Assembly (NCBI GenBank): GCA_035939335.1
Contig: DASZFY010000047.1
Span: forward strand, 11,604 to 75,603
DNA from: Solirubrobacteraceae bacterium
Lineage (GTDB): Bacteria; Actinomycetota; Thermoleophilia; Solirubrobacterales; Solirubrobacteraceae
Length of the DNA: 64,000 nucleotides
Direction of reading: 5' to 3'
The first letter of the stretch is position 1. Each line of letters opens with the position of its first letter. The notes below the pieces were generated by a model, which had not been told where the DNA came from, ran no database searches, and worked only from the letters and a program-made list of their open reading frames with translations. Both the position numbers and the translations under genes were made by a program. Shown in pieces: positions 39,418 to 50,781 of this stretch.

Positions 39418-40266
39418 ATGACCACCGGGGAGGCGCCGGTCGGACGGCTGGTGGTGTGCCCGACCCCGATCGGCAACCTCGAGGACGTGACCCTGCGCGT
39501 GCTCGACGCGCTGCGCCGGGCCGACGTGGTCGCGTGTGAGGACACGCGCCACACGACGGTACTGCTCAACCGGCACGGCATCTCCGCACGGCTGGTGAGT
39601 TTTCACGAGCACAACGAACGTGCGCGCGCGGCTGAGCTGGTCGAGCGGATACGCGCGGGCGCGGTGGTGGCGCTGGTGTCCGACGCGGGCACGCCGCTGG
39701 TGTCCGATCCGGGGTTCGCGCTGGTGCGCGCGTGCGTGTCGGCCGGGCTACAGCTGGAGGTGCTGCCGGGACCGAGCGCGGTGCTAAGCGCGGTCGTGGC
39801 GTCCGGGCTGCCGGTCGAGCGCTGGTGCTTCGTCGGCTTCCTGCCGCGCGCCAGCGGCGAGCTGGCGGCACTGTTGGCGGGCGCGACCGAGACGCTGGTG
39901 GCGTTCGAGTCGCCGCGGCGCCTGGCTGCGACGCTGGCGGTGCTCGCGGCGCACGACCCGCAGCGGCCGGTGGCGGTGTGTCGCGAGCTGACGAAGCTCC
40001 ACGAGGAGGTCCGCCGCGGGTCGGCGTCCGAGCTGGCGGAGCACTACAGCGAGACGCCCGCGCGCGGCGAGGTGGTGCTGGTGATCGGCGCGGCCGACGC
40101 CGAGCGCGCGTCGCTGCGCGACGCGCTGACGGCGCTGCGCGATCTGATCGACGCGGGCGCGAAGGCGCGGCCGGCGGCGGCGGCGGTGGCGAAGCTGACG
40201 GGGCTGCGCGCGAACGAGCTCTACAGGGAGATCATGCGCGGGGAGGGCGAAGCCACTACACGTTAG
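39418..40266 (+). CDS. rsmI: 16S rRNA C1402 2'-O-methyltransferase
   Basis: PTPIGNLED, ACEDTR, SDAGTPLVSDPG, FESPRR, RELTKLHEE. Confidence 0.96.
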   Translation: MTTGEAPVGRLVVCPTPIGNLEDVTLRVLDALRRADVVACEDTRHTTVLLNRHGISARLVSFHEHNERARAAELVERIRAGAVVALVSDAGTPLVSDPGFALVRACVSAGLQLEVLPGPSAVLSAVVASGLPVERWCFVGFLPRASGELAALLAGATETLVAFESPRRLAATLAVLAAHDPQRPVAVCRELTKLHEEVRRGSASELAEHYSETPARGEVVLVIGAADAERASLRDALTALRDLIDAGAKARPAAAAVAKLTGLRANELYREIMRGEGEATTR

Positions 40267-40292
40267 GTGCCGAATCGTGTAGCATGGTGCCG

Positions 40293-40550
40293 ATGGATCA
40301 GGCGAGCACCAGGTTGAACGTGACCTTGGATTCCGAGCACGCGGCCAAGCTGTCGATGCTGGCTGAGCGCACGCACATCCAGGAGGGGACCCTGGCCCGA
40401 TCGCTGCTGTCGAGCGCGCTCGACGAGGCCGACCCCGACCCGCGCACGATCACCGCGCTGCTCGACGGGATCCCGGGCGCTTTCGAGGAAGCCCAGCTGG
40501 GCCTGAGGCAGGGCAGGGAAGGCAAGACCGTCCCACTCGACGAGCTCTAG
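40293..40550 (+). CDS. Putative type II antitoxin (RHH-like N-terminus)
   Basis: 85 aa; RLNVTLD strand then helices; ends GKTVPLDEL; directly precedes a RelE/ParE-like ORF. Confidence 0.7.
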   Translation: MDQASTRLNVTLDSEHAAKLSMLAERTHIQEGTLARSLLSSALDEADPDPRTITALLDGIPGAFEEAQLGLRQGREGKTVPLDEL

Positions 40551-40564
40551 TCGAACCAAGCAGT

Positions 40565-40864
40565 GTGGCGCACATCGAGCTGAGCTTCACGGCGATCGAG
40601 CGACTCGATCGCATGATCGTGACCCACAGCCTTCCCGCAGACACGCGGGCGCGTGTTCAGCGCTCGCTGCGCAAGCTTGAGCAGTTCCCGTTGATTGGAC
40701 GCCAGCTCGACGAGCGCTGGGGAGACCTGCGATTCATCGTCGGGCCGTGGCGTTGGCTGCTGATCGTGTACGTGTACGAGGGGACGGCGGACCGAGTACT
40801 GATCGTCACCATCCAGGACGCGCGCTCATCTGCGTCGGTGACGAATCTGATCGCCCCCCGGTAG
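40565..40864 (+). CDS. Putative RelE/ParE-family toxin
   Basis: 99 aa; IELSFTAIERL, LEQFPLIGR, LIVY..V..I.DAR pattern. Confidence 0.75.
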   Translation: MAHIELSFTAIERLDRMIVTHSLPADTRARVQRSLRKLEQFPLIGRQLDERWGDLRFIVGPWRWLLIVYVYEGTADRVLIVTIQDARSSASVTNLIAPR

Positions 40865-40877
40865 CGTGAGAGCGACC

Positions 40878-42404
<1,527 letters not shown>

Positions 42405-42428
42405 GATGGCCGCCCGCCCACGACGACC

Positions 42429-43187
42429 GTGATCGACTCCCACACCCATCTGCATCTGTGCGAGGAGCCCAACGCGGAGCTGGTCGCGGAGGCGGACGCG
42501 GCGGGCGTGACGCGCATGCTGACGGTGGGGATCGACGGTGCGTCCTGCCGGGCGGCGCTGGCGGCGGCGGAGGACTTCCCGCAGGTGTACGCGGCGATCG
42601 GCCGCCACCCGAACGCGGCGAAGGGCTTCGACGACGCCGATTTGGCGGAGCTGCGCGCGCTGGCGGCGCACGAGCGCTGCGCGGCGATCGGCGAGAGCGG
42701 CCTGGACTTCTATCGCGACACGGCGCCGCGCGCGGACCAGGAGCGCGCGTTCGCGGCGCAGATCGCGCTGGCGCGCGAGACGGGCAAGCCGCTGGTGATC
42801 CACTCGCGCGCCGCCGACGAGGCGACGCTCCAGCAGCTGGCGGCGGAAGCGGACGGCGTGAGCGTGGTGATGCACTGCTTCTCGATGCCAGAGCGGTTGG
42901 AGGAGTGCGCGCGGCGCGGCTACGCGATCTCGTTCGCTGGCAACGTCACGTACAAGAGCGCCACCGACCTCGCCGACGCGGCGCGTCGCGCGCCGGAGGA
43001 GCTGCTGCTGGTGGAGACCGACGCGCCGTACCTGACCCCGCAACCGGTGCGCAAGCAGCGCAACCGACCAGCGTTCGTGGCGCACACGGCGGCGTTCGTG
43101 GCGGAGCTGCGCGGCGTGAGTGTCGAGCAGCTGGACGCGGCGGTGACGCGCAACGCGGCGCGTGTGTTCGGCTGGACATACCCATGA
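42429..43187 (+). CDS. tatD: TatD-family nuclease
   Basis: IDSHTHL, IGESGLD, IHSR, HCFS, ETDAPY. Confidence 0.95.
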   Translation: MIDSHTHLHLCEEPNAELVAEADAAGVTRMLTVGIDGASCRAALAAAEDFPQVYAAIGRHPNAAKGFDDADLAELRALAAHERCAAIGESGLDFYRDTAPRADQERAFAAQIALARETGKPLVIHSRAADEATLQQLAAEADGVSVVMHCFSMPERLEECARRGYAISFAGNVTYKSATDLADAARRAPEELLLVETDAPYLTPQPVRKQRNRPAFVAHTAAFVAELRGVSVEQLDAAVTRNAARVFGWTYP

Positions 43188-43218
43188 CTGGGCACCCCCC
43201 TTTCGGCGGGGCAGGCAA

Positions 43219-44214
43219 GTGAGCGTCGTGGTCGGCCGCAAACCTTCGGGCTGCGAGCCCGACGAGCGATCCGACGGCCCCGTGCAGCCGAGCCTGCGGC
43301 GGATGCGCAGCTTCGGCGTGCGCCCCGACCGCGACCTCGGGCAGAACTTCCTGATCGACTCGAACATCCTCGGCGTGATCGGCCGCGCGGCCGAGCTTGC
43401 ACAGGACGACGTCGTGCTCGAGGTCGGCGGCGGCCTGGGCGTGCTGTCGGAGTACCTGGCCGAGCACGCGGCGCACGTGCACGTGGTCGAGATCGACGAG
43501 CGCCTGCGCGATGCGCTGCGCGACGCGACCGATCCCCACGCCAACGTGACGGTGCACTGGGCGGACGCGATGACGCTCGAGCTGACCGCCCTGCGCCCGG
43601 CGCCGGACAAGGTCGTGGCGAACCTGCCGTACGGCGTGGCGGCGAGCGTGCTGCTGCGCAGCATCGAGGAGCTGCCGAGCGTGGATCTGTGGGTTGCGAT
43701 GGTGCAGCGCGAGGTCGGCGAGCGGCTGGCTGCACGGCCGGTGGGAGGTGGGCGGGCGGGACCGAACAAAACCGCTTACGGCGTGCCGTCGGTGCTGGCG
43801 CAGCTGGCGTGCGACGTGCAGGTCCTGCGGCCGATCCCGCGCGCGGTGTTCCATCCGGTGCCGAACGTCGACTCGGTACTCGTGCGGATGCGCCGCCGCG
43901 GCGGCGCAGGTACAGGTGCCGGCGAGGGGAGCGGCGAGCGCGACGGCCACGGCGAGCGCCCTGACGCGGTGCCGGCGCCCGTCTCCCCGGCGCTGCGCGC
44001 GCTGGTGGCGGGCGCGTTCGCCCATCGGCGCAAGACGCTCGCTGGCTCGCTCGGACTGGCGGGCGCGGGAGGATCGGGAGCGGGATCGCTCCCACCCCGC
44101 TCGCGCGAGCAGTTGCGCGAGGCGCTGGTGCGCCTGGGCCACCCCGCGGATGCGCGCGCGGAGCGCCTGTCGCCGGAGGACTTCCGCACGCTCGCGCGCC
44201 TGTTGGAGCTATGA
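43219..44214 (+). CDS. rsmA: 16S rRNA adenine dimethyltransferase
   Basis: LGQNFLID, VLEVGGGLG, ANLPY, MVQREV, PVPNVDS, RRKTL. Start approximate. Confidence 0.94.
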   Translation: MSVVVGRKPSGCEPDERSDGPVQPSLRRMRSFGVRPDRDLGQNFLIDSNILGVIGRAAELAQDDVVLEVGGGLGVLSEYLAEHAAHVHVVEIDERLRDALRDATDPHANVTVHWADAMTLELTALRPAPDKVVANLPYGVAASVLLRSIEELPSVDLWVAMVQREVGERLAARPVGGGRAGPNKTAYGVPSVLAQLACDVQVLRPIPRAVFHPVPNVDSVLVRMRRRGGAGTGAGEGSGERDGHGERPDAVPAPVSPALRALVAGAFAHRRKTLAGSLGLAGAGGSGAGSLPPRSREQLREALVRLGHPADARAERLSPEDFRTLARLLEL

Positions 44215-45266
44215 GCGACGACGGCCCACTCGCGGCGAGCGGGGATGGCACATTCGCGGCGGGCGCTCCGGGCGCCGACGGTGCGGGCGTCCACCGCGCG
44301 CTGGCGCCGGCGAAGATCAACCTGGGGCTGTTTGTCGGCCCGGTGCGCGCGAGCGACGGCAGGCACGAGCTGGTGAGCGTGATGCAGTCGATCTCGCTGG
44401 CGGACGAGCTGACGCTCGAGCCGGCGCCGCCAGGCGCGGTGACCGACGAAGTGGTATGCCCGGGCGTGCCGGGCGCGGCGGAGGACAACCTGGCGCTTGC
44501 GGCCCTGCGCGCGTTCCGCGCGAGCACGGGCTGGCGGGCGCCGCCGCTGCGGCTGAGCATCGTCAAGCACATCCCCGTGGCGGCGGGACTGGGCGGCGGC
44601 TCGGCGGACGCGGCGGCCGCGCTGCGCCTCGCGCGGCACGCATCAGGCCTGGGTGACGAGCGGCTGCTGCGCTCGCTGGGCGCGCAGCTGGGCGCGGACG
44701 TGCCCGCGCAGATAGCCCCCGGGCGCTGGCTGGCGAGCGGCGCGGGTGAGCGCCTGCAGGAGCTGGCGCCGGCGCGATCGAGGTTTGGCGTGCTGGTGGC
44801 GCCGCAGGCGGTGGCGCTGTCGACGGCGGCGGTGTACGCGGAGGCCGACCGGCTGGCGCTCACTCGCCCGCGGCGGGAGCTCGAGGAGCGCCGGCTGGAG
44901 CTTCGCGCGGCGCTCGCGCACGGCGCGCCGCTGCCGGCGGCGACGGAGCTGTTGCACAACGATCTCCAGCGCGCGGCGGTGTCGCTTTGCCCGGAGATCG
45001 CCGACGCGCTGCGCCAGGTGCGCGACGCGGGGGCGGAGCTGGCGCTCGTGAGCGGCTCGGGCCCGACGGTGCTGGGGCTGTTCGGAAACGGCGGGCGATC
45101 TCCCGGGAGCGGCGTCGCGCTGGCGCAGCTGGCGGCGGCGAGCCTGGCGGGCCGGTCGCCGGTGCCGATATGCGCGACGCCGGTGGACGTCGAGCTCGGG
45201 CGCGCGGTGACGCTTGACGCGGACGAACGACGCCTCCGTGCGTCACAATCCCCGCAGGTTCAATGA
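44211..45266 (+). CDS. ispE: 4-diphosphocytidyl-2-C-methyl-D-erythritol kinase
   Basis: APAKINL, IPVAAGLGGGSADAA, GADVP, NDL, SGSGPT. Confidence 0.95.
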   Translation: MSDDGPLAASGDGTFAAGAPGADGAGVHRALAPAKINLGLFVGPVRASDGRHELVSVMQSISLADELTLEPAPPGAVTDEVVCPGVPGAAEDNLALAALRAFRASTGWRAPPLRLSIVKHIPVAAGLGGGSADAAAALRLARHASGLGDERLLRSLGAQLGADVPAQIAPGRWLASGAGERLQELAPARSRFGVLVAPQAVALSTAAVYAEADRLALTRPRRELEERRLELRAALAHGAPLPAATELLHNDLQRAAVSLCPEIADALRQVRDAGAELALVSGSGPTVLGLFGNGGRSPGSGVALAQLAAASLAGRSPVPICATPVDVELGRAVTLDADERRLRASQSPQVQ

Positions 45267-45475
45267 GCAGGTCGCAAATCAACGAGCTCGTGGCGGCCGG
45301 CGCCGCGGTCATCAGCCTGGGGTTGTTCGCCGGGCTGATCCTGGTGCCCGCGTGGTCGTCGTACTCGCGCCTGTGGGAGCGGCTGATGGCGACGGTGCTG
45401 TCGCTGTACGTGCTGGCGGTGCTGGTGGGCGTCGGGGTGGTCGGCGCGCTCGCTGCCGTCTATCTCTGGGGCTGA
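45263..45475 (+). CDS. Small two-TM membrane protein
   Basis: 70 aa; ATGA overlap with ispE. Confidence 0.7.
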   Translation: MSRSQINELVAAGAAVISLGLFAGLILVPAWSSYSRLWERLMATVLSLYVLAVLVGVGVVGALAAVYLWG

Positions 45476-45480
45476 CCAGC

Positions 45481-46695
45481 GTGTCAGACCTCGCGGCGCT
45501 CGACGCGATCACCGAGGCGGTCGAGTCGGGTGCGGGGCTGCCGGAGGTGGTGCGCGCGGCCGCGCGGGCGCTGGAGGCGAGCCTGGCGGTGACGGACGCG
45601 TGGGGGGCGACGCTGGCGGTGGCGGCGCGCTCGCCCGCGGAGGAGCGCTCGCTGCTGTCGCAGGGCGAGGGCGTCAGCAGCGCGCCGCTGCGTGTGGCGG
45701 ACACGGTTGTGGGCACGCTGCACATGCGCGTGAAGACCGAGCCGACCGCTTCGATGCGCCGGCTGCTGCTGACGATCATCGCTTCGGAGGTCGAGCGCGT
45801 GCGCGCGCCCGAGCGCGTGTCGGAAACGGCTTCGGCGGATTTCCTGCGCTCGATCCTGAGCCGTGATCTGAGCGAGCGGGATGAGCTGCTGGAGCGCGCG
45901 AAGGCGCTTTCGCTGGCGATCGAGGACGGCGCGAGCATGCTGGTGGCGCGCGCGGTGCCGCAGTCGCCCACCGACGAGGGCTGGCGCGGACGCGTGCGCG
46001 CGGTCGCCGAGCGCGGCGCGCGCGCGGTGACGAGCCGTTCGATCGCTGCGCTGTCCGACCGCGACGGCATCCCCGGGGCGGAGGTGCTGGTGCTGATACC
46101 GGGCGGTGACGAGCCGACTGCGGCGCGCGCGGCGGACGCGGTGCTGAACGAGATGGAAGCGAGCCTCGCGGGGTTCACGTTCGCGCTCGGGCGCAGCCGC
46201 ATCACCGAGGATCCCTCGGAGCTGCCGCGCGCCGCGAGCGAGGCGCTGCTCGCGGCGAACGTCGCGCAGGGCTCCTCCGATGGCGCGGCGCTGGCGTTCG
46301 ACCAGACGGGCGCGTACAGGCTGCTGCTGTCGGCGATGAGCGAGAACCCGAGTGAGCTGCAGCGCTTCTACGCGGAGACGGTCGAGCCGCTGATGGCGTA
46401 CGACGAGCAGTACGAGACCGAGTTGGTGCGCACGCTGGAGACGTTCCTGGAGGCCGACGGCAACGTCGCGGGGACCGCGCAGCGGCTGTTCACGCACCGC
46501 CACACGGTCTACTACCGCCTCGAGCGCGTGCGCGAGCTGTCCGGGCTGGACGTCAGCTCGAGCGACGGCCGCGAGAAGCTCAGCCTGGGCTTGAAGTCAA
46601 TGCGCGTGCTCGGCATCGCCTCCGCGGGCGGCCCCGCGTCGGAGGCCGGCGCCGAAGGCGGGCGCGTGCCCCGCCGCTCGAGCAGGCGCACGTAG
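45481..46695 (+). CDS. PucR/CdaR-family transcriptional regulator
   Basis: C-terminal LVRTLETFL...TAQRLFTHRHTVYYRLERV. Confidence 0.9.
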   Translation: MSDLAALDAITEAVESGAGLPEVVRAAARALEASLAVTDAWGATLAVAARSPAEERSLLSQGEGVSSAPLRVADTVVGTLHMRVKTEPTASMRRLLLTIIASEVERVRAPERVSETASADFLRSILSRDLSERDELLERAKALSLAIEDGASMLVARAVPQSPTDEGWRGRVRAVAERGARAVTSRSIAALSDRDGIPGAEVLVLIPGGDEPTAARAADAVLNEMEASLAGFTFALGRSRITEDPSELPRAASEALLAANVAQGSSDGAALAFDQTGAYRLLLSAMSENPSELQRFYAETVEPLMAYDEQYETELVRTLETFLEADGNVAGTAQRLFTHRHTVYYRLERVRELSGLDVSSSDGREKLSLGLKSMRVLGIASAGGPASEAGAEGGRVPRRSSRRT

Positions 46696-46773
46696 GCGAG
46701 GAGGCCCCCCGGCCGCTATGCCAGCCGCGCGGCTGGGCTCGCAGCTGGCGCTACAACAGCCGCACGCCGAGCC

Positions 46774-47478
46774 TCAGAAGTGTCGTACGCCGAACTCGAT
46801 CGCGTACGTGGCGCCGTGGCCGCCCGCGCCCAGGATCGCCGGCACGGCGGGGGTGACGGCGACGCCCACGTCGCGGTACTCGCCGCTGAGCATGATTTCG
46901 CGGTGCGGGGGCGATGCCATCCATTCCTGGACGATGTGCGCGGGGGTGGTGTCGCTGCCGGTGCCCCACGCGATGTTCTGCCCGACGGCGAATTCGGCTG
47001 CGTGCACGGGATAGCGGGTGATGGCGACGAGTGACAGCGGCGTCTGGCCGGTCGGTCGCACGTCGGCGAAGTAGTCGCGGCGCACCATCGCGACGACCTG
47101 GCTGGCGGCGACGCCGCGCAATTCGCGGTTGGCGCGTAGCGCGCGCTGGCCGTGGACATGGCGCAGCCGGTTGATCAGGCACAGCGTGGCCGCGTCGATG
47201 GCGCTGACGTTGGCAGCGGTGGGGTGCAGGCTTTCGCCGGTGCAAGGCGATCCGGCGGCGGCGACACGTGCGCCATCCGCGCCGCGTGGCCCGTCCGCCG
47301 GACGCACCGTGGGTGCGGCGAGCGCCCCGGCGCACGTCAGCATCACGGCCGCAAGCGTGCTCGCGCACGCCAGCACGGCCGCGGCCAATGCGACTCCGAG
47401 CCTGCTCCCGCGTCTTGTCGTGACCGCCGGCAAGTGGGGGAATACTTGCAGGAGCGCCCAATGAACGCGTTGCTGCAT
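46774..47478 (-). CDS. Secreted CAP/SCP-domain protein
   Basis: CLINRLR, GQNIAWG, WMASPPHREIML. Start uncertain. Confidence 0.85.
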   Translation of the reverse strand: MQQRVHWALLQVFPHLPAVTTRRGSRLGVALAAAVLACASTLAAVMLTCAGALAAPTVRPADGPRGADGARVAAAGSPCTGESLHPTAANVSAIDAATLCLINRLRHVHGQRALRANRELRGVAASQVVAMVRRDYFADVRPTGQTPLSLVAITRYPVHAAEFAVGQNIAWGTGSDTTPAHIVQEWMASPPHREIMLSGEYRDVGVAVTPAVPAILGAGGHGATYAIEFGVRHF

Positions 47479-47589
47479 TGTTAACGTGGTTCGCGAACGC
47501 GGCTCAAAGGCCTGCTGGCGGCGGTCGCGAACGGCCTGCTCGTGGAGGGCGCGACGCGCCCGAGGGCGCGGCTATTCTTCTAGCTCCCT

Positions 47590-47660
47590 TGGGGGGTCGT
47601 CCAACGGCAGGACATCAGGTTTTGGTCCTGAGAATCGGGGTTCGAGTCCCTGCCCCCCAG
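47590..47660 (+). tRNA. tRNA-Gln (TTG)
   Basis: TGGGGGG acceptor / CCCCCCA; anticodon arm TCAGG TTTTGGT CCTGA; GGTTCGAGTCC. Confidence 0.96.
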
Positions 47661-47701
47661 TGTCGAAGGCTGATGCGCGGCGAGCGAATAGCATCTGGTT
47701 G

Positions 47702-49096
47702 GTGAGCGCCCCCACGGTCCTGATCCTCGCAGCGGGCCGCGGGACGCGCATGCGCTCGCGCACGCCGAAGGTGCTGCACGAGCTGTGCGGCCGGGCGATG
47801 GTGCTGTGGCCGGTGCGCGCGGCGCTGGAGGCGGGCGCGGGTCGGATCGTGGTTGTGGACTCTCCCGAGCGAGCGCTGGCGGAGATGCTGCCGGAGGGCG
47901 TGGAGCTGGCGGTGCAGGAGCAGCCGAACGGGACGGGCGGAGCGGTTGCGGCGGCGATGGCGAGGATCGGCGGCGTGGATGTGTCATCGGCGGGGACGAA
48001 CGCGCCGGCGGCGGGGTCGGACGCCCAGGCGCCGGTGCTGGTGCTGAGCGGAGATGTGCCGCTGGTGAGCGCGGAGGCGATCGCCGAGCTGGTGGACGCG
48101 CACACGCAGAGCGGCGCGGCGGCGACGATGGCGACGACGATCCTCGATGACCCGTCCGGCTATGGGCGCGTGGTGCGCGACGCGGACGGCGCGGTGCTGC
48201 GGGTGGTGGAGACGAAGCGCCAAGGCGACGCGACGCAGGCGCAGCGGGAGATCCGCGAGGTGAACACGGGGATCTTCGTGTTCGACGCGCGGGCGCTGGC
48301 GGGCGCGCTGCCGCGCCTGAGCGCGGAGAACGCGCAGGGCGAGCTGTACCTGCCGCAGGTGCTGGACGTGCTGAGGACGGACGGCGCGAAAGTCGCAGCG
48401 CACGTAGTCGAGGACGAGCGGCTGGTGCTGGGCGTCAACGACCGCGCGTCGCTCGCGCGAGTGCGCGCGCTCGCGCAGAGCGCGATCCACGAGCGCCACA
48501 TGCGCGCGGGTGTGGGCATCGTGGACCCGGCGGCGACGGTGATCGACGTGGATGTGCAGATCGGCGAGGACACGGTGATCGAGCCGTTCACGACGATCCG
48601 CGGCGCGACGCGCATCGGGCGGGACTGCACGGTGCGCCACTCCTACCTGGTGGATTGCGTGCTCGAGGACGGCGTGAGCGTGGGGCCGTTCGGCTACCTG
48701 CGCCCGGGGACGGTGCTGCGCGCCGGCGCGAGGGTGGGCACGTTCGTGGAGGTCAAGAACTCCGACGTGGGCCCCAACGCGCGCATCCCGCACCTGTCGT
48801 ACATCGGCGACGCGGACGTCGGCGCGGGCACGAACCTGGGGGCGGCGACGGTCACGGCGAACTACGACGGCTACGCCAAGCACCGCACGACCGTGGGCGA
48901 GGGGGTGCGCACGGGCGTGGATACGACGCTGGTGGCGCCGGTGACCGTCGGCGACGGCGCGTACACGGGCGCGGGGTCGGTGATCACCGAGGAGGTGCCG
49001 CCGGGCGCGCTGGGGATCGCGCGCGCGCGCCAGCAGAACGTCGAGGGCTATGCCGCGCGGCGGGCGGCGCAAGCAGACGGCGGACGATCCGGATGA
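47702..49096 (+). CDS. glmU: Bifunctional GlcNAc-1-P uridyltransferase/acetyltransferase
   Basis: ILAAGRGTRMRS..PKVLH, GDVPL, GYGRVVR, FVEVKN, HLSYIGDA. Confidence 0.97.
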   Translation: MSAPTVLILAAGRGTRMRSRTPKVLHELCGRAMVLWPVRAALEAGAGRIVVVDSPERALAEMLPEGVELAVQEQPNGTGGAVAAAMARIGGVDVSSAGTNAPAAGSDAQAPVLVLSGDVPLVSAEAIAELVDAHTQSGAAATMATTILDDPSGYGRVVRDADGAVLRVVETKRQGDATQAQREIREVNTGIFVFDARALAGALPRLSAENAQGELYLPQVLDVLRTDGAKVAAHVVEDERLVLGVNDRASLARVRALAQSAIHERHMRAGVGIVDPAATVIDVDVQIGEDTVIEPFTTIRGATRIGRDCTVRHSYLVDCVLEDGVSVGPFGYLRPGTVLRAGARVGTFVEVKNSDVGPNARIPHLSYIGDADVGAGTNLGAATVTANYDGYAKHRTTVGEGVRTGVDTTLVAPVTVGDGAYTGAGSVITEEVPPGALGIARARQQNVEGYAARRAAQADGGRSG

Positions 49097-49155
49097 ACGA
49101 TCGAGGTGCGGCGGGATGGAGCGATCGAGGTGCGGCGTCTACACTCAGTCGGGAG

Positions 49156-50184
49156 ATGAGTGCGATCGACACGCGCACCCAGTACTCGCGGGCGAGCCTT
49201 CCGTTCGACTACAACAAGCGGCTGATGCTGTTCAGCGGGCGCGCGAACCCGCAGCTGGCGGTGGACATCGCGGACAAGCTCGGCGTGGAACTGGGGCCGG
49301 TCGAGCTGAAGACGTTCTCCGGCGGCGAGGTGTACTGCCGCTACGAGGAGTCGATCCGTGGGGCGGACGTGTTCATCGTGCAGTCCACGTGCAGCAATCC
49401 GCAGACGGGCGTGACGGCGAACGACTCGCTGATGGAGCTGCTGTTCATGATCGATGCCGCCGTGGGCGCGTCGGCGCACAGGGTGATCGCGGTGACGCCG
49501 TGGTTCGGCTACTCGCGTCAGGACAAGAAGTCAGCGCCGCGCGAGCCGATCTCGGCGCGTCTGGTGGCGCGCATGCTGGAGGCGGCGGGCGCCGACCGCG
49601 TGCTGACGATGGACCTGCACGCGGGCCAGATTCAGGGCTTCTTCCAGAAGCCGGTCGACCACATGACGGCGCTGTTCATGCTCACGCAGTACTTCTCCGA
49701 CCTCGGCCTGCCTGACCTGGTGGTGGTGGCGCCGGACGCGGGCAGGGTGAAGCTGAACAAGAACTTCGCATCGAAGATCGGCGCCGAGCTGGCGATCCTG
49801 GACAAGGAGCGCCCCGCCCAGCAGGTGGCGGAGATCGGCTACGTGATCGGTGACGTCAAGGGCCGCACAGCGGTGATCGTGGACGACATGATCGACACCG
49901 CTGGCACGCTCAAGGCGGCGGCCAAGACGGTCATGGAGGAAGGCGCCGCGCGCGTGTACGCGGCGGCTACGCACGCGGTGTTCTCTGGAAACGCGTTCCA
50001 GAACCTCGCCGAGTCCGGCCTCGAGCAGATCGTCGTGACGGACACGATTCCCATCACCACCACCGGCAGGCCGGACAACGTCCGCGTGATGCCGTGCGCG
50101 GAGCTGCTGGCGGACTCGATCCGGCGCATCTTCGTCGACGACTCCGTCAGCGAGGTCTTCGGCGGCGAGAACCAGTTGTTCTGA
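49156..50184 (+). CDS. prs: Ribose-phosphate pyrophosphokinase
   Basis: YSRQDKK, DLHAGQIQGFF, PDAG, VDDMIDTAGT. Confidence 0.97.
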   Translation: MSAIDTRTQYSRASLPFDYNKRLMLFSGRANPQLAVDIADKLGVELGPVELKTFSGGEVYCRYEESIRGADVFIVQSTCSNPQTGVTANDSLMELLFMIDAAVGASAHRVIAVTPWFGYSRQDKKSAPREPISARLVARMLEAAGADRVLTMDLHAGQIQGFFQKPVDHMTALFMLTQYFSDLGLPDLVVVAPDAGRVKLNKNFASKIGAELAILDKERPAQQVAEIGYVIGDVKGRTAVIVDDMIDTAGTLKAAAKTVMEEGAARVYAAATHAVFSGNAFQNLAESGLEQIVVTDTIPITTTGRPDNVRVMPCAELLADSIRRIFVDDSVSEVFGGENQLF

Positions 50185-50185
50185 G

Positions 50186-50752
50186 ATGGATCCCAACGTC
50201 GCGCCTGCGCGCGGCCCGCGCGTTTGGTGGCTGGGCCTCAGCCCGCGCCGGCGCCGCCTGCTGCGCGTGCTGCTCGCTGTGGCGGCGATTGTGGTGCTCG
50301 CCGTCGGCGCGGTGCTCGCGCGCTTTCTCAGCGTGGAGAACGCCGAACGCGCCGACCAGCTCGCGCTGATCCAGGCGGAGGCCCGCGGGAACGCGGCGGG
50401 GATGCTCGACCAGTTGAGCGGCTGTCGCGAGAGCCGCGCGTGCGTGGCGAGCGTGACCGCCAACGCGCGCGACCCGCACGTGCGCAGATCTGGCGCGGTG
50501 AAGATCCTGCAGCTGGAAGCGAGCACCGCGTACTCGCCGTTCGGCGCCACCGGCGAGACGCGCCTGGCGTGGACAGTGATCGGAACGCTGCCGGTGGTGC
50601 AGTGCGTGGACGTGCGCCGCACGGGCAACTTCCTCAGCGGCATCCACGTGCGGCTGATCGGGCTGAGCGCGCCGATCGGCGGCGAAGGCGTTTGCCACAA
50701 GCGCACGCGCAACGAAATCGAAGAAGAAGAAGCCACGGCGGTCGAACGATGA
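50186..50752 (+). CDS. Hypothetical membrane-anchored protein with four Cys
   Basis: RRRR followed by a TM helix and an extracytoplasmic domain; between prs and rplY. Confidence 0.65.
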   Translation: MDPNVAPARGPRVWWLGLSPRRRRLLRVLLAVAAIVVLAVGAVLARFLSVENAERADQLALIQAEARGNAAGMLDQLSGCRESRACVASVTANARDPHVRRSGAVKILQLEASTAYSPFGATGETRLAWTVIGTLPVVQCVDVRRTGNFLSGIHVRLIGLSAPIGGEGVCHKRTRNEIEEEEATAVER

Positions 50753-50781
50753 ACGGCGATTGCTAGAGTCTTGACTCGCTC

